NCBI GenBank assembly: GCA_038208115.1
Contig: JBBQZC010000001.1
Location: 13,977-77,976, forward strand
Source of the DNA: Candidatus Moraniibacteriota bacterium
Lineage (GTDB): Bacteria > Patescibacteriota > Minisyncoccia > Moranbacterales > GCA-2747515
Length of the DNA: 64,000 bases
Direction: 5' to 3'
Part shown: one piece after another, positions 1 to 10,132 of the stretch
Layout: each line of letters begins with the position of its first letter
Position numbering within the stretch: position 1 is the first letter of the stretch
The notes under the pieces: generated by a model
Seen by the model: the letters and a program-made list of their open reading frames with translations, nothing else
Told to the model about the DNA's origin: nothing
The model's database searches: none
Made by a program: the position numbers and the translations under genes

Positions 1-1173
1 AATGAACGGACCTGCAATCACAAATATGATGTGTAAGTAATACACGAGTGCAGGAATAATTGATTTTTTCCAATAAAACGAACCAGTAAAAAACGTATTT
101 CTAATGAAACTTTTCTTCCAACGAACTCGTTGTTTGATTACACCACTAAATGTATCCGGTAATATAGTCAACGATTTTGCAGATTTAGCATACACCACCT
201 TCCAATCTTTTATGGGATAATCGATTTCTTTCACACAATCTTCATTGGCATATTTTTCTTTCATTTTTTTCCCAATATACTTACTGCCAAGCAAAAAACC
301 AGTCAATGTCCTATCTGTAGCAAACTTGAATTCCTGCCCGAGAAATTTATCTTGTTCCCATGCAGGAATAAAATTAAAAATGGCCTCTTTGCGGAAAACT
401 GCCAATGGACCAGAAACACAACTCACCACACCGAAGTAACTCTCAAAGGCTTTATAAATGGCAAATTGACCCTCTGCCCAAGAATCCTGGGCACGCGTAA
501 GAATATTGGTACTTGAATTTTTTAATCGAAAGTGCCCACTGACTCCACCAACATCTGGAAAAACAGTAAAGATTGGCACAATTTTTTCAATCGCACTAGC
601 CTCCCATACCGAATCACTATCTGAAAAAGCAAAAATATTTCCGTGCGCTTCTCTCATTGCACGACCGAGCGCTCTTTTTTTACCTGCATTTTCTTGATGA
701 ATTACCTTTATTTTTCCCCTTTTGGCGTATCTGTTGAGGATTTTTGCTGTTCCGTCAATACTTCCATCATTTACAAAGATTACTTCTTTATTTTTATATG
801 TTTGATTGATGAGTGATAAAATGCATTGTTCAATATTATTTTCCTCATTATAGACCGCCACCATACAACTCACCAAAGGATCTTCTGGTTGCACACCCTT
901 TTCCAAATTCTTTTGTTCGATATCCTTTGCAATCAATGCCGGATCTTCATATTTAAAAATGGCATAATAGAAATTGATTGCCAAAACCACCGTAACCGCT
1001 ATTCCGTAAATATACAAAATAAAATAATCTGACTCTACAAAAAATGACTTTCCTATGATTATCGCAAAAATTGAAAAAACAATAAAATGAACTACTACCT
1101 TATGTCTTAAATTTAGTTGATCGCTTTTATAAAAAGTGTACTTTCTGACGCTTTTTGTTTTTCTGACATCCAT
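1..1173 (-). CDS. Processive GT2 glycosyltransferase, hyaluronan synthase/NodC-like (runs off window start)
   Basis: Manual translation from ATG at 1173 (MDVRKTKSVRK...): N-terminal TM helices, VYNEE, VNDGSIDG, FSDSDS (DxD), VSCVSGPLAVFR, TDRTLT and KQRVRW (QxxRW). Absent from the ORF track because it is truncated. Confidence 0.85.
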   Translation of the reverse strand, partial: MDVRKTKSVRKYTFYKSDQLNLRHKVVVHFIVFSIFAIIIGKSFFVESDYFILYIYGIAVTVVLAINFYYAIFKYEDPALIAKDIEQKNLEKGVQPEDPLVSCMVAVYNEENNIEQCILSLINQTYKNKEVIFVNDGSIDGTAKILNRYAKRGKIKVIHQENAGKKRALGRAMREAHGNIFAFSDSDSVWEASAIEKIVPIFTVFPDVGGVSGHFRLKNSSTNILTRAQDSWAEGQFAIYKAFESYFGVVSCVSGPLAVFRKEAIFNFIPAWEQDKFLGQEFKFATDRTLTGFLLGSKYIGKKMKEKYANEDCVKEIDYPIKDWKVVYAKSAKSLTILPDTFSGVIKQRVRWKKSFIRNTFFTGSFYWKKSIIPALVYYLHIIFVIAGPFI

Positions 1174-1403
1174 ACAATTTACCAACCAATCATTACGTAT
1201 TATCTTTCATCAATATTACATGCATCTGCTTATCCTTGTTATCATTTTTCCCTTTTTATCTAAAAATCACATTCATACGTATGATAATTTTATGTCATGC
1301 CACATCCACTATCTACAACAAAATTATTTTTTTCTTTCTATTAATTATTATGTATTTTTATTACGTGCTATAACTTGTGGCTTTCTCATGTAATCATACA
1401 AAC

Positions 1404-1540
1404 AAAAAACCGACCAAACTAAAAAGCCAAAAAAGCTTTTTGTTCTAAGTCGGTTTCGCCACTCAACTCCCCGTACGCTCACAAGCGACCAAGAATACTT
1501 ACCATAAAATCATCACTCCGCACGGATCAATGTCCCTTAA
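1404..1540 (-). promoter_or_regulatory. c-di-GMP-II-like riboswitch copy 1 with overlapping intrinsic terminator
   Basis: Minus strand AAGGGACAUUGAU-CCGUGCG...UUGGUCGCU...CGUACGG-GGAGUUGAGUGGCGAAACCGACUUA; pseudoknot UCGCU/GGCGA; terminator ACCGACU...GGUCGGUUUUUU; TATAAT at 1567-1572. Confidence 0.75.
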
Positions 1541-1671
1541 ATGTTCAATTTTCTATTGTTTTAAAAATTATACCAGGTAATTATCAAATCAACAACATGA
1601 ATGCATAATCCAAAAGCACTTCGATTTTCATCGAAGTGCAATCATATACAATATTTTGGATTAATCACTAT

Positions 1672-2439
1672 TTATGTGATCTTTTCCTTAGAAAGAAAAG
1701 CTTGGATATCATTAACTGTACCCATGAATTGTGCTGGAAAGATAATTGTCGAATTCTTTTCTACACTGATTTCTGCCATCGTCTGCAAGTTACGTAATTG
1801 CAATGCAATCGGATGTGCTGCCATCACATCAGCAGTCTCTGCCAATTTTTGACTCGCCAAAAGCTCCCCTTCTGCTGCAATGATCTTGGCACGCTTTTCC
1901 CTCTCTGCCTCTGCCTGTTTTGCCATTGCGCGTTGCATGTTTTCTGGGAGTTCTATATCTTTGATTTCAACGACAGATACCAAAACGCCCCATGGCTCTG
2001 TATTACTATCAAGTACTGTGCTAATTTCTCTGTTGATTTCATCTCGCTCAGACAGGACTTCATCCAATTGAAAACGCCCGACGATATTTCGCACTGTCGT
2101 CTGTGCAATCTGATTGATCGCACTGCGCACATCCTCGATGGATACTATACTTTTTTCTGCATCGACAATCTTATAGTAGGCTACAGCAGAGATGTCTACT
2201 GACACGTTATCTTTGGTGATGATTTTTTGTGGTGGAATCGGCAATGTCACAGTACGAAAATCGATTTTGCGCATTTTATCAATATACGGGATAATCCAAT
2301 TAAGCCCTGGATCTCTACTGGAAATGATCTTACCAAAACGAAATACTACACCTTTTTCATATTGTTGCACCACACGAAACCCCGGAAGGACTAGAAATAT
2401 AAAAAACGAGATTATAAACGTAACAATCACGTAGGCCAT
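1672..2439 (-). CDS. SPFH/band 7 (stomatin/slipin) family membrane protein
   Basis: N-terminal TM, RFGK..PGL..IIP, ITKDNV, AKQAEAERE.RAK coiled coil. Confidence 0.92.
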   Translation of the reverse strand: MAYVIVTFIISFFIFLVLPGFRVVQQYEKGVVFRFGKIISSRDPGLNWIIPYIDKMRKIDFRTVTLPIPPQKIITKDNVSVDISAVAYYKIVDAEKSIVSIEDVRSAINQIAQTTVRNIVGRFQLDEVLSERDEINREISTVLDSNTEPWGVLVSVVEIKDIELPENMQRAMAKQAEAEREKRAKIIAAEGELLASQKLAETADVMAAHPIALQLRNLQTMAEISVEKNSTIIFPAQFMGTVNDIQAFLSKEKIT

Positions 2440-2510
2440 AGATTTATATGTAAATTATTATATGATAACTATAGCATAACCTGCAAAAAAATAAAGCACC
2501 TTTTTATGCT

Positions 2511-3140
2511 TTATAATTCTATATATCCGGACCAACATGTATGATCTTCTGGTATATGTACGATATGAATTTGTTTTTTTTCAAATACTTCTTCTACTGC
2601 TTTTGTCGCTCCTGGACAATGCTCATGCCCATAATCATCAAAATAGATTACACTCGGTCGTGACATAATGGATTTTACATTTTCAGCGCAGTACTTCACA
2701 GGAACATACAGGTCACAATCAATATGTGCAAATGATATGTTTGTAAGATGAAGAGATTCTAAAATCTCTTCGACTTTGCCCTGATACAGAGTTATCCATT
2801 CTGCAAATCCATTTTTCTGAATATATTCTTCCATATCATCCTTTGTCACATCCGCATATTTTCCTACTGGATGCACAGCATGTCCATCTGAATATGGATG
2901 ACCCACAAATGTATCAATACCATATACCTTATACTCTGGACAAATCTTTTTTACTACTTCTGCCAGAGCAAGAAGCGTACCACCACGATATACTCCCACT
3001 TCCAAGACATTACCTGGATTTTTTGCAAGAGTTTCTGCACATTTATCAATTAAATATTGAAGCCGATTTTCAGGAATAACTGTTGTTCCATACGGAACAC
3101 TTTCCACAGGAGAATTCACATTAATTTTCTCTGTTTTCAT
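2511..3140 (-). CDS. TylF/MycF-like class I SAM-dependent methyltransferase
   Basis: EVGVYRGG, IDTF.G, HIDCDLY, FDDYG motifs. Confidence 0.8.
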   Translation of the reverse strand: MKTEKINVNSPVESVPYGTTVIPENRLQYLIDKCAETLAKNPGNVLEVGVYRGGTLLALAEVVKKICPEYKVYGIDTFVGHPYSDGHAVHPVGKYADVTKDDMEEYIQKNGFAEWITLYQGKVEEILESLHLTNISFAHIDCDLYVPVKYCAENVKSIMSRPSVIYFDDYGHEHCPGATKAVEEVFEKKQIHIVHIPEDHTCWSGYIEL

Positions 3141-3159
3141 TATTAATAATATATACTCA

Positions 3160-3696
3160 TTAAAAATTTGCTACGTATGCAACTTCTGTTTCTGCCAAAA
3201 TCGTTTTTTGAAATGGCCCAAGATATGCTTTAACAATCAACTTTTGTCCATGCAATACCTGTGGGACCCAATCCTTATCAGCTGGCATCATTTCAGCAAA
3301 CGGAAGCATGTTAATATCAAACCCTGTTGGTGTGAGCATTTCATTGGTTTCTGCCGGATTCCCTGACCATTTAGTAGCCAAAAATACGTGGGCTTTACAA
3401 ATAAATTTTTCTCCATCACTTTTTGTATTATAAAAATCGACAATAGCCACTTTTTCTAAAAATTCTTCTGACACGATAACATGGCATTCCTCTCTCACCT
3501 CCCTCACCACCGCGTGAATCTCTGTCTCTCCAGCATCAATTCCGCCACCATAACCCATCCAACATCCCTCACCAATTTTGCTTGCCTTACGTGCCAATAT
3601 AACCGTATTATCTTTCATCAAAAAACAAATCACCGCATCAATCAAAACTTTTTCTTCTTTTATAATCATTTTTTTACACGATTTAGCACATATCAA
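3160..3696 (-). CDS. NUDIX hydrolase (8-oxo-dGTP diphosphatase/MTH1-like); start may be 3669
   Basis: Nudix box GGGIDAGET..AVVREVREEC; ETNEM and MMPAD motifs. Confidence 0.85.
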   Translation of the reverse strand: MICAKSCKKMIIKEEKVLIDAVICFLMKDNTVILARKASKIGEGCWMGYGGGIDAGETEIHAVVREVREECHVIVSEEFLEKVAIVDFYNTKSDGEKFICKAHVFLATKWSGNPAETNEMLTPTGFDINMLPFAEMMPADKDWVPQVLHGQKLIVKAYLGPFQKTILAETEVAYVANF

Positions 3697-3805
3697 TATC
3701 TACTAAAATCTATTTAAAAAGTATATTTTGAGTTTATATCAATATTCTCAATCTATCAAATAAAAAACCACATGCCATTACGATGTGACACGTGGATTTG
3801 ATTAT

Positions 3806-4063
3806 TTATCTTACTTTTTCTTGTGATAACAAATATCCTTCTACAGGAATATTGTGATTTTGCAAGAATTTCGTCGCCATTTTTAGAAACTCACCTGTTG
3901 CTATAATCTCTGATGGCATATTGTCAAACTCTTTACTGGGTTTTTTAGCAAATACACAACAAAAAGCCACCGGCAAAGCTTTTTGCTTTTTAATTACAGA
4001 AAAAATTTTTCCTATCTGATCAATAACCATGTGAACAATCCCTGTGTGGACAGTGCATTGCAT
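3806..4063 (-). CDS. Hypothetical small protein or gene remnant
   Basis: 85-aa ORF followed by a terminator-like hairpin near 3763-3800; no recognisable motif. Confidence 0.3.
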   Translation of the reverse strand: MQCTVHTGIVHMVIDQIGKIFSVIKKQKALPVAFCCVFAKKPSKEFDNMPSEIIATGEFLKMATKFLQNHNIPVEGYLLSQEKVR

Positions 4064-4767
4064 TCACTAGTTCTGATACCAGACGTTCGCTCGCCGCTAC
4101 TTGTCTTTCTCTCTGTAAAAGCCGGTGGAGTCCTACTTAACCCAGTGCTCCCATAATATTTGAACATTCCTGGCTAATGCCATTTTATCAAAAATATATT
4201 GAATACACAACATTAAATCAATCTCATCTTACATTCTACTTAGCTCTATCAATTTTATCATTCACTTCAAAATAAAACCAGCAAAACAGAATAATTATAA
4301 ATGACCAAAAAAATGATCATTATTCTGCCCTTGATCGCTAAACAACCTTCACTAAAAGAGATATTCTCTCATAAACATTTTATTCAGATCAATTGATATT
4401 TTGTTTTCAAATATTTTCTCATATAATCCACGCATTCACGATGACCCTGTACGATTATTTTTAAAAAGAATACGTGTTTTTGATATGTTACAAAATCGCA
4501 TGTATTAATAACAATAAAGATGCTCATAATGTTGGCAAAAAATATAGGCCATGCTCGATAAAAAACTGTCCGATTGTAATGTCGATATTGTATGTATTTT
4601 TTTGTAATATATGCGAGATATTTGCTTTTTTGTGGAATATTCATTATTCTGTGAGCTAACGAGATATAAATCATATTTCTCCGTTCCTTTATATATAGTG
4701 ATGTGTCTCTATTCATTTTTGACACATTTAGCCAGTTCATTTAAATCATTGAGAGGAGAATCACACA

Positions 4768-6534
4768 ATGACCATACTACTAGAAAAGATCTTTACAGCA
4801 ACAGTCATCTCCAATCTTCCAGAAAGCATAGGCTCGAGCGTTCATAAATTACAGTTGCGTCTGAATAAAGATTGTTTTTCGGCAGGAGCAGGACAGTTTG
4901 TTGCCTTGGCTCCTATCAATCCTGCAACACTTGCACCACGACCATTTACGATCGTTTCTTATAGAGACAACGTGGTCACATTACTGATCAATGCAGTCGG
5001 GACAAATACTCGTGAATACACAAAGATGCCCTGCCAACACATTATTGAACTTTATGGATCGTATGGCAAAGAGATTGAGTTTGATCAAAGTTGCACATCA
5101 TGCATTTTCGTAGGAGGCGGAATAGGCAATGCAGCATTGGTCCTACCCACTCACAAAGCATTAATTCAACAAAAAGATGTTACGGTGTATCTCGGCGCAA
5201 GAGAAGAAGAACACATCCCTGCTCTTGCACATTTCCATGATCTCCCAATCACGCTCAAAACGATTGCTGAGCGCGGTTCTACACGATCAGGTTATGTCAC
5301 AGATCTGTTGTATGAAAAATTACTCACAGACAACGGCGTGTCCACTGTTGTGGCATGTGGACCAAAAGCTATGCTCAGAAAAATTCATAATCTTTGCGTC
5401 CAGTTCGGCAATCCTTGCATAACGATTGTGGAAGAAGTAATGATTTGTGGCATGGGTGCATGCAAAGGTTGTGCGATTTTTGGTGGCATCGAAGGTAAAG
5501 AAGTGTTGCATGTCTGTAGCGATGGTCCTGCTTTTGATTCACGATGGATCTTTTGGAATCAATTTTCCCCTCAACTCACTACCGTGCATGTAAGTGAATC
5601 TCGTTCGATTAGTGACAAGAATGATATTGACACTCATTGCATGATTGGTGACCTCAGACTTTCAACGCCTTTTATGAATTGCTCCGGCACATTGGATCTT
5701 GATGCGTGCATGGATGGTAGCTTTGATCTAACAGGAGTAGGCGCATTTGTGATTAAAGGACTTTCATTATATCCTCGTTCCGGTAATCCTATGCCGCGAG
5801 TATATGAAACACCCTCTGGCATGCTCAATTCCATCGGCTTGGAGTATATCGGCATAGAAGCATTTATCAAAGATGTTCTTCCGTATTTGCGCACATTAAA
5901 TATTCCAATCATCGCCAACATCAATGGCACATCCATCGATGAATATTGTGTTTTAACTAAACGCTTGAGTGAAACAGACATATCTGCTCTCGAAGTCAAT
6001 ATTTCGTGTCCAAATGTCAAAAAAGGTGGCATGATCTTTGGTATTGATCCAAGCTCTGCTGCTAAAGTTACATCTGCAGTAAAAATGTTAACACATTTGC
6101 CCGTCATTATTAAGCTCACACCAAATGTGACTGACATCACAGTGATTGCCAAAGCAGTGGAAGATGCTGGTGCAGATATTATCTCTTTGATCAACACTGT
6201 ACTTGGCACATCGATTGATATTTGGCATCGCAAAACACGTTTCGCAAACGTCGTTGCAGGATTATCAGGCCCTGCTATTCGTCCGATTGCATTGCGATGT
6301 GTGTTAAGTGTAGCAAATACCGTGCACATACCCATAATTGGTATGGGCGGTAATGAAAATGGTTACACAGCGGCAGAATTCATGATGGCAGGTGCGACAG
6401 CAACAGCATTTGGCACCTCTGGATTTGCAAATCGCACAATCTTTCGATCAGCAATCGACCAGTTGCGTGAAGTTGCACATTTTCATGGGTATTCCTCAAC
6501 ATCTAAACTTGTGAAATGCCTCAAAGTCCCCTAG
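4768..6534 (+). CDS. pyrD: Fused dihydroorotate dehydrogenase class 1B (PyrK electron-transfer domain + PyrD catalytic domain)
   Basis: N-half: RPFT, GGGIG, ACGP, CGMGACKGC...C.DGP 2Fe-2S motif. C-half: GNP.PR..ETPSGMLNSIGL, EVNISCPNV, KLTPN, LINT, GLSGPAIRP, IIGMGG. SD GAGAGGAG; terminator near 6562-6600. Confidence 0.9.
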   Translation: MTILLEKIFTATVISNLPESIGSSVHKLQLRLNKDCFSAGAGQFVALAPINPATLAPRPFTIVSYRDNVVTLLINAVGTNTREYTKMPCQHIIELYGSYGKEIEFDQSCTSCIFVGGGIGNAALVLPTHKALIQQKDVTVYLGAREEEHIPALAHFHDLPITLKTIAERGSTRSGYVTDLLYEKLLTDNGVSTVVACGPKAMLRKIHNLCVQFGNPCITIVEEVMICGMGACKGCAIFGGIEGKEVLHVCSDGPAFDSRWIFWNQFSPQLTTVHVSESRSISDKNDIDTHCMIGDLRLSTPFMNCSGTLDLDACMDGSFDLTGVGAFVIKGLSLYPRSGNPMPRVYETPSGMLNSIGLEYIGIEAFIKDVLPYLRTLNIPIIANINGTSIDEYCVLTKRLSETDISALEVNISCPNVKKGGMIFGIDPSSAAKVTSAVKMLTHLPVIIKLTPNVTDITVIAKAVEDAGADIISLINTVLGTSIDIWHRKTRFANVVAGLSGPAIRPIALRCVLSVANTVHIPIIGMGGNENGYTAAEFMMAGATATAFGTSGFANRTIFRSAIDQLREVAHFHGYSSTSKLVKCLKVP

Positions 6535-6648
6535 GTATGGTGAACTCATCACACAAAACTGAGGCAGTCGACACCATGTCGCACTGCCTCTTATATTTTT
6601 AAAAAAATGTGACATCAATTACTATTGCATTGCCTCAAGTATAAATAA

Positions 6649-7065
6649 TTATGTTCTACTTAGCTCTATCAATTCTCTCAGTCGCCGATCCATATCATCA
6701 CCAATGTTCAAATGCTTCGGACGAATGCTATCATACGCAATATCATCACTCCCAAAAGGTATCACGACGACATTGCTCGTTTTTTGATCTATGCCGAAAG
6801 CAATTTTCATCCCTTCATCCTTAAATCTCTGTATTAACTCATCAATTGGCGTAACAAATCCCGGAAAATCTTCTTCTTCCGCTTTCAATTTTGTATAACT
6901 ATGCGGATTGATCCCTGAAAAAGGAAACCGTTCGTTGCCTTCTGTGAGTTCTCGCACTAACATGATCCGCCGATCTCTCATCTGTGCTTTTTCTAATTCT
7001 TGCGCTTCTTTCAACTGTTCTTGTGACGGACCATTATACCCACTTGGCATTTCATGACTGGACAT
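6649..7065 (-). CDS. Hypothetical protein
   Basis: 138-aa ORF with plausible composition. Confidence 0.65.
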   Translation of the reverse strand: MSSHEMPSGYNGPSQEQLKEAQELEKAQMRDRRIMLVRELTEGNERFPFSGINPHSYTKLKAEEEDFPGFVTPIDELIQRFKDEGMKIAFGIDQKTSNVVVIPFGSDDIAYDSIRPKHLNIGDDMDRRLRELIELSRT

Positions 7066-7307
7066 ATCATTATGTTTTTATACAATTAACTTTACATGTC
7101 AAATCTAGCATAATTCTACCAAGTCACATACTAGTCCTTCATTAAAAAAAGACCAGGGTGTTTCCTGATCTTTCCTCGTTGAGAATTTAGTCTATTATTT
7201 GAGATCAATTTTATAACATCATTTTAAAGCACGCATTTATGAAATTTGATTTCAAATAAATAAGGACAATAACAAATTCTTGTTATTGTCCTATGCACCA
7301 GAAGGCG

Positions 7308-7877
7308 TCACGCTGCTATACACTCATCGTAATAGCGATCATCAGCCTGTCTCACTGCTGTGAAAAGCTTCTCAAAAAACTCCCGATTTTGACTAATATC
7401 CAGGAGGTATTGAATCCGAAGATCTTCCAGAGGAATTTTGAAGACGTATATCGCGATAACGATTGCGATTGCTTCATCTTCCCACTCTTTGAGACCAGAG
7501 ACTCCGATACCCCATGTCACCACTGGATCAATCGTGATCGATATAGCGCCGCCAAACTGATCGATGATCAGATTGCGACTCTGATAGGAAGTTAAATCTC
7601 CATGCATGAACATTCTATCTATTTTTTCTTCTGCAAACTCCCAACACCCCTTACGAAAATTGGCATCGGGAAAATCTGTACCGATTTTCGTCTTCAAGAG
7701 TGGGGTAGAAATGCCTTTTTTCCGCAAGGCAAGCACAAACGCCTTGCGTTCCACGGCCATAAGCAAATGCGAATCTATTGCCACCGCGAAAATCTGCTCA
7801 GTAGTGAGTTCAATCCTTCGCTTTAATGCATCACTCTCTACAGTAAAATCTGACACTTCAAATAATCCGCATGACAT
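7308..7877 (-). CDS. Hypothetical protein, GlcG/HbpS-like C-terminal motif
   Basis: GGAISI...GIGVSGLKEWEDEAIA resembles the GlcG/haem-binding family; SD AAGGAG before ATG 7877. Confidence 0.55.
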   Translation of the reverse strand: MSCGLFEVSDFTVESDALKRRIELTTEQIFAVAIDSHLLMAVERKAFVLALRKKGISTPLLKTKIGTDFPDANFRKGCWEFAEEKIDRMFMHGDLTSYQSRNLIIDQFGGAISITIDPVVTWGIGVSGLKEWEDEAIAIVIAIYVFKIPLEDLRIQYLLDISQNREFFEKLFTAVRQADDRYYDECIAA

Positions 7878-8196
7878 ACGATCTCTCCTTTTGATCAAAA
7901 ATGTTGGTACTCATCACATCTATTTCTCTGTAAAACTACAACGACTAACCATCATATCAAATACACAAAGCCCTGTCAATCTAGAAAAATAATATAAATT
8001 TGTATTTAAAATCAAAAACTTAAAGGATTGTAACATATCCCTCATCAATCCTAGTGACGCTCTAAATGTAATCCCACTTTTATGTAAAATTTTGCATGTC
8101 TCAACGCCACAAAAACCACATTATACTACTCCCTCTCCTTATTTTTTTCATTTCTTCAATTTTATAATCGTCAAAATCCACGTCCATAAAGTCAGT

Positions 8197-8409
8197 ACAT
8201 TTACCAATTACTATATTGGTGAAAAAAATAGCGAAGTAATCTATCTGTAAAAACTTTGCATGGATTAAATCAATCCTTAATTGACAAAGAACAAACAGCT
8301 CAGAATGGTACAGCTGAAAGAAGTCATGGAGACGATGATGTTTGTAATCTGAAGAAAAAGATCCGTATATGAAATAAATACTTCAATAATTTAGAATATT
8401 ATGCCCTCC
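8197..8409 (+). pseudogene. Decayed IS481-like (rve integrase core) transposase fragment
   Basis: Interrupted translation TFTNYYIG...LIDKEQTAQNGTAERSHG...KIRI*NKYFNNLEYYAL matches the QNG.VERSH / W..YYN...H pattern of IS481-type transposases. Confidence 0.55.
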
Positions 8410-8530
8410 TCCATGTTTGATTATTACTATGTTTATTGTTAAAGTTACATCTTATATTCATCATATTTTCGACTTTCTGACAACAACCAAAAAATGAATC
8501 TGTTACCACCAATTGAAACGAATTTATTAT

Positions 8531-9919
8531 TTATTTGATTACTTTTAATTTCTCAAGTGCCATGAGGACGTGAATAGAAAAAACATCAAGAAATTCCAAT
8601 TCTTGTGACGCAATACTGTTATTTCCCTCAAACCCAAGAAATAGAAAACCTTTACATGAATTGTCTGCAATAAATGGAACTACTACAAAATAACTCAAAT
8701 TTCCATTTATATTAAAGTGGGCAATATCATAATATTCACATGAGGAACTTATTGTTCTTTGTTCTTTAATCATTTTTTTGATGAATGCAATTTTTTGCGA
8801 ATCCACTCTTCCAAAAACATTCATTTTTGTCTTATGATATCCCTCTCCAAATACCAAACTAAACAGACCCTTGCTATCATATTTATATATTAAAGCCACA
8901 TTTGCTTGCGAAGAAGTCATGGCAACATTTGTGATATGTGCAAAAAGTTCTTTTTTGTTTTTTTTATAATTTGAGTGCTTATCTATTTCCAATAATGCTG
9001 CAATTTTTCTATTGGAATAACCTACTTGCTCGTAAGCATCGATGAGATTATCTCTAATTTTTTGTTGCAACTCACTTTGAACTACGTGATATTCCTCTTG
9101 ACTTTTTTTTAGATCATAAAACAGTAAGCGATATGGATCCATAAGTCCGATTTCTAAAATGGCCTTATAAATCAAAAGAAATGAAATGTATTTTAGAAAA
9201 TGTCCAAGCATATTCTGGAAATCATAAACATTAATATATCCAGTGAAAATTAACTCTGAAATTACTTTAACGATGAGAGCGAGAGAAAGAAGATTATATA
9301 CTGAAGAATCAAATAATACTTTCTTTTTATAGAGCAATGCGATAGAAACAACAAAAATACCAACAATTACATATTCACTAACTACTTTGAAACGAGTAAG
9401 TCCAGCTGTTTCGGTGTACATATTTGGAAATACATGCCAATAAAATATAGATAGCAACATCAATATTACAATTATCATGTACGTCAGAAATATATAATTT
9501 GCATTGAGTAGAATCCTCCATTGATCTTGAACAGATTTTTTTCTTAAAATAATAAACGCTCCAATAAATGAAAATGCCTCAAGATAGCGTGCACTGATCC
9601 AGAGTTGTGTAGGAAGATTGGTCGTGTGATCCATAAATATATTCATTCCCTTATAACTCAAAACATGTAGCAAATCTAAGCCACCGACAAAAAAATAACC
9701 AATTCCCAGAATAAGCAGATAGTAGTTGCTCACAAAACTTTTTGACGACCATGCGACAGCAAATATGCCGAAAGATATGACTACGGTGAAAAGTTCGATG
9801 AGAGAATGAAATAATAAATAACTATGCAAACTGGTCAATTGTAATACGAAACAGCTCACAATAATCCCTAGTGGGAAAACAAGTTTTCTTATTGCTTTTT
9901 TGTCTGCATTCATATGCAA
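8531..9919 (-). CDS. MASE3 membrane sensor domain + GAF-like domain, no output domain
   Basis: YLLFHSLIELF, DLLHVLSYKGM, NLPTQLWISARY and GHFLK are MASE3 motifs; C-terminal VVPF...GFLFLG...QELEFLD is GAF-like. Confidence 0.8.
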   Translation of the reverse strand: MHMNADKKAIRKLVFPLGIIVSCFVLQLTSLHSYLLFHSLIELFTVVISFGIFAVAWSSKSFVSNYYLLILGIGYFFVGGLDLLHVLSYKGMNIFMDHTTNLPTQLWISARYLEAFSFIGAFIILRKKSVQDQWRILLNANYIFLTYMIIVILMLLSIFYWHVFPNMYTETAGLTRFKVVSEYVIVGIFVVSIALLYKKKVLFDSSVYNLLSLALIVKVISELIFTGYINVYDFQNMLGHFLKYISFLLIYKAILEIGLMDPYRLLFYDLKKSQEEYHVVQSELQQKIRDNLIDAYEQVGYSNRKIAALLEIDKHSNYKKNKKELFAHITNVAMTSSQANVALIYKYDSKGLFSLVFGEGYHKTKMNVFGRVDSQKIAFIKKMIKEQRTISSSCEYYDIAHFNINGNLSYFVVVPFIADNSCKGFLFLGFEGNNSIASQELEFLDVFSIHVLMALEKLKVIK

Positions 9920-10132
9920 AAATGTGCTCAGTGGATAAATTTTTTTTGCGATTTATGCAACTAAAACCAAACGTTATCATTAAATATGAATCAGATTACA
10001 ATATCAACAAACACTACAAAATCTAATACGCGATCATTTAACAAAAAATATAAAACAAACCATATTCCACACAATACAAATCGCATCGAATTATCAAATT
10101 AATAAGCTGTCACCGCATTACACAATTAACTA

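Noticed and set aside
245-1393. Short plus-strand ORFs
   Set aside because: Antisense shadows of the GT2 gene and its AT-rich leader.
4384-4740. 118-aa minus-strand ORF
   Set aside because: AT-rich promoter region of the pyrKD fusion; no motif or SD.
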